From Bacteroidota bacterium (GTDB lineage: Bacteria; Bacteroidota; Bacteroidia; Chitinophagales; Chitinophagaceae), in the NCBI GenBank assembly GCA_029560415.1, contig JAKQKY010000494.1:24-64023 (forward strand): a stretch of 64,000 nucleotides of DNA, given 5' to 3'. Shown here one piece after another: positions 9,642 to 20,150 of this stretch. The position numbers and the translations under genes are program-made. The notes under the pieces were generated by a model, which did no database searches, had not been told where the DNA came from, and was given only the letters and a program-made list of their open reading frames with translations. Each line of letters begins with the position of its first letter. Within the stretch, counting starts at the first letter, position 1.

Positions 9642-12263
9642 ATGATGACGGCTTCTGAGATCAGGCAACAGTACCTCGACTTTTTTAGATCAAAACAACA
9701 TGCTATCGTAGCATCTGCACCCATTGTTGTAAAAAACGACCCTACCCTGCTTTTTACCAATGCGGGTATGAACCAGTTCAAAGACTATTTCCTTGGCAAC
9801 AAGATCTCTCCATCGCCCCGGATCGCTGATACGCAAAAATGCCTTCGGGTAAGTGGTAAGCACAACGACCTGGAAGAAGTGGGCGTAGATACCTACCATC
9901 ATACCATGTTTGAAATGCTGGGCAACTGGAGTTTTGGCGATTATTTTAAAGCCGAGGCCATTGCCTGGAGTTGGGAGCTATTGACAGAAGTATACAAGAT
10001 CCCGAAAGAGCACCTATATGTAACCGTTTTTGAAGGAGATGAAAAAGAAGGACTTCCCAAAGACCAGGAAGCCTGGGATGAATGGAAAAAATATGTGTCC
10101 GAAGATCATATCCTGCTGGGTAACAAGAAAGATAATTTCTGGGAAATGGGCGATACTGGTCCATGCGGCCCGTGCACCGAAATTCATGCTGATTGCAGAA
10201 CGGAAGAAGAAAAAAAATTGGTCAGCGGCGCATCCCTGGTGAATAACGATCATCCACAGGTGATCGAAATATGGAACAATGTATTCATACAGTTTAATCG
10301 TAAAAAAGACGGGAACCTTGAACCCCTGCCAGCCAAACACGTTGATACTGGTATGGGATTCGAACGCCTGGTTCGTGTATTGCAGAAAAAAACAAGCAAC
10401 TACGATACCGATGTATTTACCGGAACCATTGCTGCCACAGAAAAAATCACCGGTAAAAAATATGAGGCAGGCGATGACAAAACCAGCATTGCATTTCGGG
10501 TACTGGCTGATCATATCAGGGCCATTTCCTTTACCATTGCCGACGGGCAATTACCATCGAATACCGGTGCCGGTTATGTGATACGCAGGATATTGAGAAG
10601 GGCTGTTCGTTATTACTATTCCTACCTCGGGTATAAACAACCGCTCCTGCACCAACTGTTACCCGTAATCGCCGTTCAGTTTGAACAGGTATTTCCCGAG
10701 TTGCACCATCAGCAGGATTTTGTAAGCAAAGTGATCAAGGAAGAAGAAGAAGCTTTTTTAAGAACGTTGGACAAAGGACTTAAAAAAATTGATGATATCA
10801 TTCAACAGTCGCAACAAACAAAGATCATACAAGGAGCCGAAGCCTTTGAATTGTATGATACATTCGGTTTCCCCATTGATCTCACCCGCCTCATTGCCGC
10901 AGAGAATAACCTGCAGGTAGATGAAGCTGCTTTCCAGGCCGAGCTGCAACAGCAGAAAGATCGTAGTCGGGCTGCTACAGCACTTGATACCGAAGACTGG
11001 CAGATTGTATCGGAAGGCAATAGCCAGGGCTTTATGGGATATGATTCTTTGGAAACGAAAACGAAAATTTTACGTTACCGAAAGGTAACAGGCAAAGGAA
11101 AAGAACTCTACCAGATCGTGTTGGATAAAACACCTTTCTATGCCGAAAGTGGCGGCCAGGTGGGCGATACAGGTAGTTTACGCATTAACAATGACACATG
11201 TAATATAATAGATACTAAAAAGGAAAACGACCTCACCATTCATTTTGCAGAAAATATTCCGGCAGATATGAGCGGTGAAGTAACGGCTACGGTTAATGGC
11301 CTTCGCAGGAAACACATTACGGTACATCATAGCGTAACGCATCTGATGCACTCAGCATTACGTCGTGTATTGGGAAACCATGTTGCCCAAAAAGGTAGCC
11401 TGGTAAATGAAGAACACCTTCGTTTCGATTTTTCGCATTTTGCTAAAGTGAGCGAACAGGAATTGATACAGGTAGAACAGATCGTGAATGAAAAAATCAG
11501 GGAAAACATACCGGTAGTGATCAAATCCATGAGCAAGGATGAGGCTATTGCCCTCGGCGCCATGGCTTTGTTTGGTGAAAAATATGGTGATACCGTAAGG
11601 GTGGTGATCATGGATCCAGGTTACTCGATAGAATTGTGTGGCGGTACGCATGTGGGCCATACCGGCGAGATCGGCCTGTTTAAGATCAAGCATGAAAGTG
11701 CCGTTGCGGCCGGTGTGCGCAGGATAGAAGCCGTTTCTGGCATTGCAGCTGAAAGCCTGGTGAATGAACAGTTTGATGCGATCAGGTCGCTTAAAGAGCT
11801 TTTAAAAAATCCCAAGGACCTGGCCAAATCCATTGAAGCGCTGATGGCTGAAAATAATACACTCAACAAACGCATCGAATCACTGGAAGCCAGGCAACTG
11901 GTAGGCATCCGTAATGAACTGATGCAGAAAGATGAGATCATCAACAATGTAAGTTTCATCGGCGATATCATTGAAGTGCCCAATGCCGATGCATTGAAAA
12001 AGCTCTGCTTCGATTTTAAAAATCATGTACACGATCACGTGATCGTTCTTTGCGCTAATATCGGCGGAAAGGCGTTCGTGGCGGTTAGTGTAAGCGATAC
12101 CGTTGTTGCTGCCAAAAAACTGGATGCTTCAAAGATCATCAAAGAACAGGTAAGTCCTTTGATTAATGGAGGTGGCGGCGGACAAAAAAACCTGGCCACT
12201 GCGGGCGGGCAGGATGTGAGCAAACTGAAACAGGTGATCAGTGCCGTTAGAGCCTTGCTTTGA
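9642..12263 (+). CDS. alaS: Alanine--tRNA ligase
   Basis: DPTLLFTNAGMNQFK, HHTMFEMLGNWSFGDYFK, DTGMGFERL, editing HSVTH and ELCGGTH, and C-terminal GGGGG. Confidence 0.99.
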   Translation: MMTASEIRQQYLDFFRSKQHAIVASAPIVVKNDPTLLFTNAGMNQFKDYFLGNKISPSPRIADTQKCLRVSGKHNDLEEVGVDTYHHTMFEMLGNWSFGDYFKAEAIAWSWELLTEVYKIPKEHLYVTVFEGDEKEGLPKDQEAWDEWKKYVSEDHILLGNKKDNFWEMGDTGPCGPCTEIHADCRTEEEKKLVSGASLVNNDHPQVIEIWNNVFIQFNRKKDGNLEPLPAKHVDTGMGFERLVRVLQKKTSNYDTDVFTGTIAATEKITGKKYEAGDDKTSIAFRVLADHIRAISFTIADGQLPSNTGAGYVIRRILRRAVRYYYSYLGYKQPLLHQLLPVIAVQFEQVFPELHHQQDFVSKVIKEEEEAFLRTLDKGLKKIDDIIQQSQQTKIIQGAEAFELYDTFGFPIDLTRLIAAENNLQVDEAAFQAELQQQKDRSRAATALDTEDWQIVSEGNSQGFMGYDSLETKTKILRYRKVTGKGKELYQIVLDKTPFYAESGGQVGDTGSLRINNDTCNIIDTKKENDLTIHFAENIPADMSGEVTATVNGLRRKHITVHHSVTHLMHSALRRVLGNHVAQKGSLVNEEHLRFDFSHFAKVSEQELIQVEQIVNEKIRENIPVVIKSMSKDEAIALGAMALFGEKYGDTVRVVIMDPGYSIELCGGTHVGHTGEIGLFKIKHESAVAAGVRRIEAVSGIAAESLVNEQFDAIRSLKELLKNPKDLAKSIEALMAENNTLNKRIESLEARQLVGIRNELMQKDEIINNVSFIGDIIEVPNADALKKLCFDFKNHVHDHVIVLCANIGGKAFVAVSVSDTVVAAKKLDASKIIKEQVSPLINGGGGGQKNLATAGGQDVSKLKQVISAVRALL

Positions 12264-12342
12264 TTATAACATACTTTATCAATAACAGGCGGTATGAACG
12301 GGATGTTCATACCGCTTATGCATATACGAAAATCTACAGAAC

Positions 12343-12852
12343 ATGGAGGTTATTTTTGAAACACCGCGGTTGTTGCTCAGGGAATTTACCCTGGAGGACG
12401 CCCCGTTGCTGTTACAGCTCAACAGCGACCCCGAAGTATTGAAATACCTGCACGAACCCCTATTACAGGATGAGGCACATGCAGAAACCATTTTACGCAA
12501 TATCATCCTGCCTCAATACGAAAATAAACTGGGCCGCTGGGCTGTTTACCTGAAGGAAAACAATGTATTTATTGGTTGGTGTGGGTTAAAACACAGGCCA
12601 GAGCTGGAGGAGATAGACCTGGGCTACCGTTTTATGCAAACCGCCTGGGGTAAAGGCTTTGCAACAGAAGCTGCCAAACAGACGCTGGTATATGGATTCA
12701 AAAACTTAAACCTGTCGTTGATTACCGGCCGGGCACATATCCACAACATAGCATCAATTCGTGTATTGGAAAAGATCGGCATGGAGTATATTGGCGAAGG
12801 CATTGTAGATGACTGCCCGGTTAAGACCTTTACTTTGCAGAACCCTTATTAA
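12343..12852 (+). CDS. GNAT N-acetyltransferase (RimJ/RimL-like)
   Basis: ETPRLLLR, WGKGFATEA and NIASIRVLEKIG. Confidence 0.9.
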   Translation: MEVIFETPRLLLREFTLEDAPLLLQLNSDPEVLKYLHEPLLQDEAHAETILRNIILPQYENKLGRWAVYLKENNVFIGWCGLKHRPELEEIDLGYRFMQTAWGKGFATEAAKQTLVYGFKNLNLSLITGRAHIHNIASIRVLEKIGMEYIGEGIVDDCPVKTFTLQNPY

Positions 12853-12917
12853 ATTTTGAAACTTACTGGCGTTCATGTTGAGCTTCATTTATAATATCTT
12901 TGGTTAAACCAACCGGT

Positions 12918-13805
12918 ATGATCAACTACAATCCCAAAGAATGGTTTACGTTTATTTTTCGTTTTCACAAAGCCGATACGTTCAGAAAACTATTTCCCCT
13001 GCTCATAGGCATTTGCGTTTATGCCTGGCTGATAGCATTCTTAGAAACCAGGATCTTCCCGGTTACAGATAAAAGTTTTGTACGTAATATTCCCATCATG
13101 CATAACCTGCTTGGGTTTGCGATTTCCATGCTGCTCGTGTTCAGAACAAATACTGCCTATGACCGTTGGTGGGAAGGCAGAAAGCTATGGGGCGCCCTCG
13201 TAAACAACAGCCGTAATTTAAGCATCAAGCTTTCGGCCATGATACCAGCCGAAGACAAAGACCAACGTGCATTTTTCAGAAAGATCATCCCGGCTTATGC
13301 CTACGCATTGCACAATCACCTGCGGTCAGAAAAAACCAGGACGGCCCTGTTTGAATCTAAAGAACATGAGACCATTTTTACCCAGATAGACCGTGAAAAA
13401 CACATTCCCAACCAGGTAGCTTCCCTGATGTTTAAACACCTCCAGCAACTATATACAGCTAAAAAAATAGATGGCAACCAACTCATTATTTTAAACACTG
13501 AATGGCAATCCTTCACGGATATCTGCGGTGCTTGCGAGCGTATTAAGAATACTCCCATCCCTTACTCTTATAGTGTATTCATCAAAAAATTTATTTTCAT
13601 TTACATTATGACCCTGCCGGTTGGCTATGTATTCAGCCTCAGCTATTATGTGATACCGGTAGTAGCCTTTATCTTTTATGTACTCGCCAGCCTCGAACTC
13701 ATCGCAGAGGAAATTGAAGATCCTTTCGGTGGCGATGACAATGATGTACCTACCGAAAAAATTGCCCACAATATTCACAACCATGTTAATGAACTCTTTG
13801 ATTAA
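12918..13805 (+). CDS. Bestrophin family ion channel (YneE-like)
   Basis: LVFRTNTAYDRWWEGRKLWG, CERIKNTPIP and EIEDPFG. Confidence 0.92.
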   Translation: MINYNPKEWFTFIFRFHKADTFRKLFPLLIGICVYAWLIAFLETRIFPVTDKSFVRNIPIMHNLLGFAISMLLVFRTNTAYDRWWEGRKLWGALVNNSRNLSIKLSAMIPAEDKDQRAFFRKIIPAYAYALHNHLRSEKTRTALFESKEHETIFTQIDREKHIPNQVASLMFKHLQQLYTAKKIDGNQLIILNTEWQSFTDICGACERIKNTPIPYSYSVFIKKFIFIYIMTLPVGYVFSLSYYVIPVVAFIFYVLASLELIAEEIEDPFGGDDNDVPTEKIAHNIHNHVNELFD

Positions 13806-13935
13806 CAATATTCCAATAGTCTGAAATATTAAAAGGTTTGTTAAAGAAAAAAAATTATTTGCGAAAAGTTTCGTATTTCAAAAATTACCATTAGTTTTGA
13901 TGTACTAAAACTTTCGTACATTAAAAATATAACAG

Positions 13936-14994
13936 ATGAAAAAAGTATTGATCGCATTTCTACCCTGGTTCTTTGCAGCCTTCAGCTATAAAGCCATGGC
14001 ACAGGAGGCAACTACGGCTCCCGCAGACAAGGATAAAAAAGAAGCACAGGAGATTATCATTCGCAAAAAAGGCGACAAGGATGCCAATTTAACGATACAG
14101 ATCACCGGCGATAAAGTATTGATCAATGGAAAACCGCTTATCGAATTTAAAGACGATGAGATCACGGTCAATAAAAGAAAAATGATCGTTCGTGATGGAA
14201 ACCGGTTGATGTTTGGTGAAGGTCTTGGCGACCTGAACGGCGGCTCATTTTCCTGGAGCGATGATGATGATTTCAAAAAAACCTTCCTGGGTGTAAGTAC
14301 AGATAAGCATGAAGACGGAGCACTTATCACCGACATTACGAAGGAAAGTGGCGCCGAAAAAGCAGGCCTGCAAAAGGATGACATCATTACAAAGATCAAT
14401 GATAAAAAAATTGACGGACCACAAATGCTGGCCGAGATCATAGGTTCTATGAAACCAAAAGACGAAGTAAAAGTTTACTTCAAAAGGAATGGCAAAGAAA
14501 AAAATGTAAAAGCCATCTTGCAGGAAAGAAAAGAAACTGGTGCAAAAAGTTTCTCGTTTACGAGTCCTGACGGCTCCCATAAAACTTTCAGCATGCCAAG
14601 AGTGCCTGCTGTACCAAGGGTAAGAAGCTGGAATGGTGACAATAACATCGCCATTTCTCCAGACATGGAATCTGCTTACGGTGATTATAGCTTCGCTTTC
14701 GATGGTTTCCCCCGCAAACAAAAGCTTGGCCTGAAGATCCAGGATACAGAAGAAGGCAATGGTGTAAAAGTATTGCAGGTGGAAGATAGTTCTGCAGCAG
14801 CCCTCGCTGGTTTGAAGAAGGATGATGTGATCGTAGAGATCGGTGGTGAAAAGGTTAGCAATACCGATGACGCCAGGGAACAACTGCATGAAAACAGTGA
14901 TAAATCAACTTATACCATTAAGGCCCGCCGAAACAATACCGAAATGAAATTTGATATTAAGATTCCGAAAAAACTGAAAACGGCCAACCTGTAA
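13936..14994 (+). CDS. Exported tandem-PDZ domain protein
   Basis: Signal peptide and two PDZ-like units (FLGV..GAEKAGLQKDDII and KLGL..AALAGLKKDDVI). Confidence 0.85.
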   Translation: MKKVLIAFLPWFFAAFSYKAMAQEATTAPADKDKKEAQEIIIRKKGDKDANLTIQITGDKVLINGKPLIEFKDDEITVNKRKMIVRDGNRLMFGEGLGDLNGGSFSWSDDDDFKKTFLGVSTDKHEDGALITDITKESGAEKAGLQKDDIITKINDKKIDGPQMLAEIIGSMKPKDEVKVYFKRNGKEKNVKAILQERKETGAKSFSFTSPDGSHKTFSMPRVPAVPRVRSWNGDNNIAISPDMESAYGDYSFAFDGFPRKQKLGLKIQDTEEGNGVKVLQVEDSSAAALAGLKKDDVIVEIGGEKVSNTDDAREQLHENSDKSTYTIKARRNNTEMKFDIKIPKKLKTANL

Positions 14995-15027
14995 TAAAAA
15001 ACATTATCAAAGGCATTATTAGCCATG

Positions 15028-15063
15028 AAAGCGGTTGCTTCTGAAAGGAAGTGATCGCTTTTT
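15028..15063 (+). terminator. Probable intrinsic terminator
   Basis: AAAGCGGTTGCTTC/GAAGTGATCGCTTT hairpin with G-U pairs, followed by a T-run. Confidence 0.7.
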
Positions 15064-15152
15064 AATTTTTAGACGAAAAGATGTTTGTCTGACATTTCAT
15101 ACACAGCCTTTTCTTTACAACAATCCCGCAGGTTTTTGGTTATTTTTGCCCC

Positions 15153-16601
15153 GTGAATGTTCAAAATACATACCAGGTGGTCATTGGCCTTGAAGTACAT
15201 GCCCAGTTATCAACGAAAAGCAAATTATTCTGTAGCGATCCTACCGGTTTTGGTGCTGCCCCTAACACACAAGTGAGCCCTATCTCCCTTGCACATCCCG
15301 GTACACTTCCAAAGATGAATAAAAAAGCCATAGAACTGGCGGTGAAACTTGGGTTGGCATTGAATTGTGAGATTGAACGCTATAATTATTTTGCAAGAAA
15401 GAATTATTTCTATCCCGATCTTCCAAAAGGATACCAGGTGAGCCAGCATACGGCGCCTGTTTGTAAAGGCGGATTTCTCACCATTAAAACTGAAACAGGA
15501 ACAAACGATGTAATTCTCAACCGGATCCACCTGGAAGAAGATGCAGGTAAAAGCATTCATGATGCTGACCCGGATTTCACCTGCATCGACCTCAACCGTG
15601 CAGGCGTTCCACTGCTCGAGATCGTTACCGAGCCTTGCATACATAGTGCCGAAGAGGCATTTACTTTTCTCACCGAATTGAGGAGAATGCTTCGCTGGAC
15701 GGAAGTCTGCGACGGGAATATGGAAGAGGGCAGCATGCGCTGTGATGCAAACATATCGGTAAGGCGTAGTGGCGAAACCGTACTTGGAAAAAGAGTAGAA
15801 GTTAAAAACTTAAACAGCATTCGCAATGTAAAAAAGGCGATTGAGATTGAATCCGACCGGCTGATCGCCATCGTGGAGAAAGGAGAGATCGTGCTGCAGG
15901 AAACCAGGAGTTTTGATGCAGATAAGAATATTACCTTTTCGCTCAGGAGTAAGGAAGAAGCAGATGATTACCGGTATTTTCCCGAACCCGATCTTCCTCC
16001 CTTTGTTATAACAGACGACTATCTTTCAAACATCCGGGAAAGCATGCCGGCATTACCCGAAGCCCTGGTGCAACGTTACCGAACGGAATATGGATTGTCG
16101 GAATATGATGCATCGGTCATTTGCAGCGACAAAGAAGATGCTGATTTTTTTAATGCACTGATCGCTCATACAAAACAGTATAAAGCTGCGGCCAATTGGA
16201 TGCTGGGACCTTTGAAATTTTATTGCCGTGAAAATAATATCTCCATTACCCAGTTCCCTTTGCCGGTATCATCCATAGCTGAACTGGTTGAATTGGTTGA
16301 ATCGGGACAGGTGAGTTTTAATAATGCATCTACGCGTATCATGCAGTTAATGATCGCAGAGCCTGGTAAAAATGGTCGGGAAGCGGCAGGAATGCTCAAC
16401 CTTTTGCAGGAAAGAGATGGTGATGCGGTTGAACAATGGGTACAGGAAGTGATAGCTTCCATGCCCGATAAAGTAAAAGAATATAGGAGCGGGAAGAAAG
16501 GATTGATCGGTTTGTTTTCCGGCGAAGTGAAAAAACGCAGCAAAGGAAAAGCAGACATGCAGATCGTACAAAAAATACTGGTTGAAAAATTAAACCAATA
16601 A
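15153..16601 (+). CDS. gatB: Asp-tRNA(Asn)/Glu-tRNA(Gln) amidotransferase subunit B
   Basis: IGLEVHAQL, RKNYFYPDLPKGYQ, HLEEDAGK, DLNRAGVPLLEIV and YRYFPEPDL. GTG start. Confidence 0.97.
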   Translation: MNVQNTYQVVIGLEVHAQLSTKSKLFCSDPTGFGAAPNTQVSPISLAHPGTLPKMNKKAIELAVKLGLALNCEIERYNYFARKNYFYPDLPKGYQVSQHTAPVCKGGFLTIKTETGTNDVILNRIHLEEDAGKSIHDADPDFTCIDLNRAGVPLLEIVTEPCIHSAEEAFTFLTELRRMLRWTEVCDGNMEEGSMRCDANISVRRSGETVLGKRVEVKNLNSIRNVKKAIEIESDRLIAIVEKGEIVLQETRSFDADKNITFSLRSKEEADDYRYFPEPDLPPFVITDDYLSNIRESMPALPEALVQRYRTEYGLSEYDASVICSDKEDADFFNALIAHTKQYKAAANWMLGPLKFYCRENNISITQFPLPVSSIAELVELVESGQVSFNNASTRIMQLMIAEPGKNGREAAGMLNLLQERDGDAVEQWVQEVIASMPDKVKEYRSGKKGLIGLFSGEVKKRSKGKADMQIVQKILVEKLNQ

Positions 16602-16616
16602 TCATTTACATTAAAC

Positions 16617-17768
16617 ATGATGAAAAATAAATTTGCAGCAATACTTGTCCTGGCTATCGTTTTATTTTCCTGTAACGATAAAGAAGAAAAGGGGAAGTTT
16701 TCGATTGAAGGAAACATTAAGAATACACCCGACCAGGCCATTTACCTGGAACAACTATTTTTTAGCCAGAAAAATCCGGAAGTGCTGGATACTGCCGAAA
16801 TAAAAAATGGCAAGTTCATCCTCAGTGGTATTGGCACAGAAGAAGGATTATACCGGTTGAGAATGGAAAAAATGCAAGCCGGTTTCCTCTTTATCAACGA
16901 CCAGCCATTGATTCGGTTTACAGCTGATGCCAAGGACCTTGGTTTAGAAAAAACAATCTTTGAATCACCTGCCAACAGCCTGTTGAAAAAACTCATCACG
17001 CAGATCGAATCAAAACGTATTGCACAGATCTCTGCTAACGAAAAGCTTGAACAACTTCAGTCAACACCAGGTTCCGATAGCCTTATGGCCATAGAAACAA
17101 ATCGCTTAAATGAATTGAAAGACGATTTTCAGAAATACATTATCCGTTACATCGACAGTTCATCAAACCCTGTTGTGGCGATGTTTGCGCTGGGATATAC
17201 ACAAAACATTGAACCCGGTTTGTTGGAAAAACCCTTACTAAATCTCGCCAATCGTTTTCCCAAACACAATGGCGTAGCCTCCATCATGCAGCAATACAAA
17301 CAAATGATGGCAAAGCAGCAACAATTAAATGAAAGACAAACGAAGTTCCCGAATATAGGAAACCTGGCTCCTGATATCACCATGAATGATCCGGAAGGCA
17401 AACCCTTTTCATTAAGTCAATTAAAAGGTAAATATGTATTGGTTGATTTCTGGGCAAGCTGGTGCGGACCATGCAGGGGTGAAAATCCGAATGTTGTAGC
17501 TGCGTATAATGAGTATAAAGATAAAAATTTTACGGTACTGGGCGTTTCACTTGATGAAGACAAAGATGCCTGGTTAAAAGCCATTAAAGATGATAACCTT
17601 AGCTGGAAACAGATCAGCGATCTGCAGGGATGGAAAAATGCTGCGGTTGCCTTGTATGGTTTTGAAGGAATTCCTTACAATGTTTTGATCGATCCCCAGG
17701 GTGTGATCATTGCAACATCACTACGGGAATCGGCCCTTCAGCAGAAACTTGAAGAAGTACTGCGCTAA
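16617..17768 (+). CDS. TlpA-family disulfide reductase lipoprotein
   Basis: Lipobox LFSC and C-terminal DFWASWCGPC thioredoxin domain. Confidence 0.92.
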   Translation: MMKNKFAAILVLAIVLFSCNDKEEKGKFSIEGNIKNTPDQAIYLEQLFFSQKNPEVLDTAEIKNGKFILSGIGTEEGLYRLRMEKMQAGFLFINDQPLIRFTADAKDLGLEKTIFESPANSLLKKLITQIESKRIAQISANEKLEQLQSTPGSDSLMAIETNRLNELKDDFQKYIIRYIDSSSNPVVAMFALGYTQNIEPGLLEKPLLNLANRFPKHNGVASIMQQYKQMMAKQQQLNERQTKFPNIGNLAPDITMNDPEGKPFSLSQLKGKYVLVDFWASWCGPCRGENPNVVAAYNEYKDKNFTVLGVSLDEDKDAWLKAIKDDNLSWKQISDLQGWKNAAVALYGFEGIPYNVLIDPQGVIIATSLRESALQQKLEEVLR

Positions 17769-17791
17769 AATCAACAGAAGATATTCAAAAT

Positions 17792-17824
17792 AAAAATGCT
17801 GCCTGTAAATGGCAGCATTTTTTT
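17792..17824. terminator. Bidirectional intrinsic terminator
   Basis: AAAAATGCTGCC-7nt-GGCAGCATTTTT between convergent genes. Confidence 0.85.
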
Positions 17825-17844
17825 ATTTTTAAATAAACTAACGA

Positions 17845-18612
17845 TTATGGGTAGTGGCGTGTTATACCTACGCTCAATGGCTTCCCTTTTGCATTACCGG
17901 TGATGTACAATGTATTGATACCGGTCATCCCAGCCGTACCTGCTACATTGGCCACTGAAAGCGGTTGTGCACCAAGTACCGTTTGTGTGCCGGCGAGTTT
18001 CAATTTCATGGTATAAGTTCCCAATGGTGCTGTTCTGAAAGCAGATAATGCCTGTATGGTTGCTTCGGATGGGCTACCACCAATATATGACTGGTTAAAG
18101 AAAGTGATACTGTCATTAGGCGTAGCGCTGGTTCTTAAGAACGTAATATCCATGTCAGGCACGTTCGGTGCCAATGGTAAAAAACGCAGTTTGATAAATC
18201 CATTTCCCGGTAAGGTCAATGTATCATTCAACCTGGCAAGTTTAAGTTTGCTGGAAGCATTTGCCATGGTATCATAGATCACGTATGTAGAAGCAGTATT
18301 AGCGGTAAATGTTTCCGCGTTGGCTTCCACGAAATTGGTCAGCAGATCAAATGAAGAACGAACCTGTACATTCCTGGTTCCTGGCGCAACTGCCAGGTAA
18401 CCGGTGCTACCCCTGTAGGCTACGGCACTGGTTGTTTTCTGCGATGTATCTACAAATATGCGCATAGTGGTATCAGCAAAGCCCGGGGCGGGAACACTGA
18501 AAATGGCCGCATTGATAAAGTTGGCAGTACCGAAGTCATTTGAGTATTCAATGACCTTACCGCAACCCAACATAGAACCGCCGATAAAAAGGATGCCTAA
18601 TAATTTTTTCAT
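17845..18612 (-). CDS. SusCD-associated lipoprotein (DUF4397-like)
   Basis: Lipobox MLGC and LRFLPLAPNVPDMDI motif typical of DUF4397. Lies downstream of susD. Confidence 0.75.
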   Translation of the reverse strand: MKKLLGILFIGGSMLGCGKVIEYSNDFGTANFINAAIFSVPAPGFADTTMRIFVDTSQKTTSAVAYRGSTGYLAVAPGTRNVQVRSSFDLLTNFVEANAETFTANTASTYVIYDTMANASSKLKLARLNDTLTLPGNGFIKLRFLPLAPNVPDMDITFLRTSATPNDSITFFNQSYIGGSPSEATIQALSAFRTAPLGTYTMKLKLAGTQTVLGAQPLSVANVAGTAGMTGINTLYITGNAKGKPLSVGITRHYP

Positions 18613-18662
18613 AATATATGTATTGAATGATCTGCTTTGTTGTTTAGTTTGTGTTTACCCGA

Positions 18663-20132
18663 TCAATAGCCAGGATTTTGTCCAATATTCGGATTGGCAA
18701 AAACTTCCTGTTGTGGGATCGGCAATATATATTTTGAGTTACTGGCCGGCAGGTTCTGTATTACTGTATTGTTGGCCACATCAGAAATATCACGTGCAAT
18801 GGTTAGGCTCCTGCGCTTCAGATCATAATAACGCTGCCCTTCATAACATAGTTCTTTATAACGTTCCAGCAAGATCTCGCTGATCAGTAATTGTTTATCG
18901 GTAATGGCTACATGCGTATACCCGGTGATGCGGTTTGCACGTAAAGCAGCCAGGTCGTTGTTGGCTTCTGTTAAAAGGTCCAGTTCGGCATAGGCTTCAG
19001 CCCTTGACAGTAAAATTTCTGCGGTACGGATCATCTTCACATCATACTCAAAATTCTCTGTTGGAGATACTGCAGATACAGCACCATATTTAGCGATCAG
19101 GTTAACCGGGGCAGAAGGAGTGGTAGTAGGCGTTCTGAAATAAGTACTATAGCGAACATCATTTGCCTGGTCGAAAGTACCCATCAACTTAACTGCCGGT
19201 GACGCCTGTACGCCGCCGGTTCCTACATCCTGCCAAAGAGACCCGATTGCATTTCCAAGGTTTGATGAACCGTTTACATTTAATTTCCAGATCACTTCGC
19301 TGCTTTGATTGGAAGCAAGTGATTTGGTTCTCCAGATGGCCGGGAAGTTAGTTATATTGGTTACAGGTTGTGCGGTAATCACAGCATTAGCGCTATCAAC
19401 TGCCAGCTGCCATCTTTTTGAATACAAAGCAGCCCTTACTTGTGAAGCTTTAACGGCGTTCCTTGTTACACGGCTGATATCTGTAAAAGAAGCCGGGATC
19501 AATGAACTGGCTTCAATTAAATTTGAATCGATGAATGCCATTACAGCTCCTTGTGTAGAGCGGCCCGGGAAATAAGTGGCTGCTTCTTTAGCATATTCTC
19601 TCTGTATCACTACACCAGAATCTGCAGCACTGTACTCAGCAGAACGGGAAAAATTACGCAGTAATTCAAGATGAGCCATGGCACGAATGGCCAGCATCTC
19701 ACCACGATAGCGAACTTTCAATGCTGCTTCAGCCGCGTCGGCCGTTACAACAGGAACCATTAATTCCAATACGCGGTTCGCACGATCGATCACGGTATAG
19801 AGGTTCGTCCATACACCACCGGTTTCTGCATCTCTCCAATCCTGTGAATCAGACACATGCTGCCAGTTGAACAATACAAAACCAACGTTGCGGTATTGTG
19901 CTCCGGTACCAAGGCGTACTTCATCAGAAATTAACGCACTGATATAATGTGAACGACGTGCCTGCCAGGTGCCATAAACACCGTTAATCGCGTTGTTTAC
20001 ATCATTCATATTCTGAAAAGCCAGCTGTACGGGAATCTGGTCAACAGGCAGAACATTGATAACGTCCTTTCTGCAGGCGCCCAGGGTGAGTACCAGCATC
20101 AGCATCATGGATAATTTAATGACTCTTTTCAT
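18663..20132 (-). CDS. RagB/SusD family outer membrane lipoprotein
   Basis: Lipobox LGAC, IRTAEILLSRAEA, ERYKELCYEGQRYYDLKR and terminal PIPQQE..NPNIGQNPGY. Confidence 0.95.
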   Translation of the reverse strand: MKRVIKLSMMLMLVLTLGACRKDVINVLPVDQIPVQLAFQNMNDVNNAINGVYGTWQARRSHYISALISDEVRLGTGAQYRNVGFVLFNWQHVSDSQDWRDAETGGVWTNLYTVIDRANRVLELMVPVVTADAAEAALKVRYRGEMLAIRAMAHLELLRNFSRSAEYSAADSGVVIQREYAKEAATYFPGRSTQGAVMAFIDSNLIEASSLIPASFTDISRVTRNAVKASQVRAALYSKRWQLAVDSANAVITAQPVTNITNFPAIWRTKSLASNQSSEVIWKLNVNGSSNLGNAIGSLWQDVGTGGVQASPAVKLMGTFDQANDVRYSTYFRTPTTTPSAPVNLIAKYGAVSAVSPTENFEYDVKMIRTAEILLSRAEAYAELDLLTEANNDLAALRANRITGYTHVAITDKQLLISEILLERYKELCYEGQRYYDLKRRSLTIARDISDVANNTVIQNLPASNSKYILPIPQQEVFANPNIGQNPGY

Positions 20133-20150
20133 TATGATAAGTTGTTTTTA

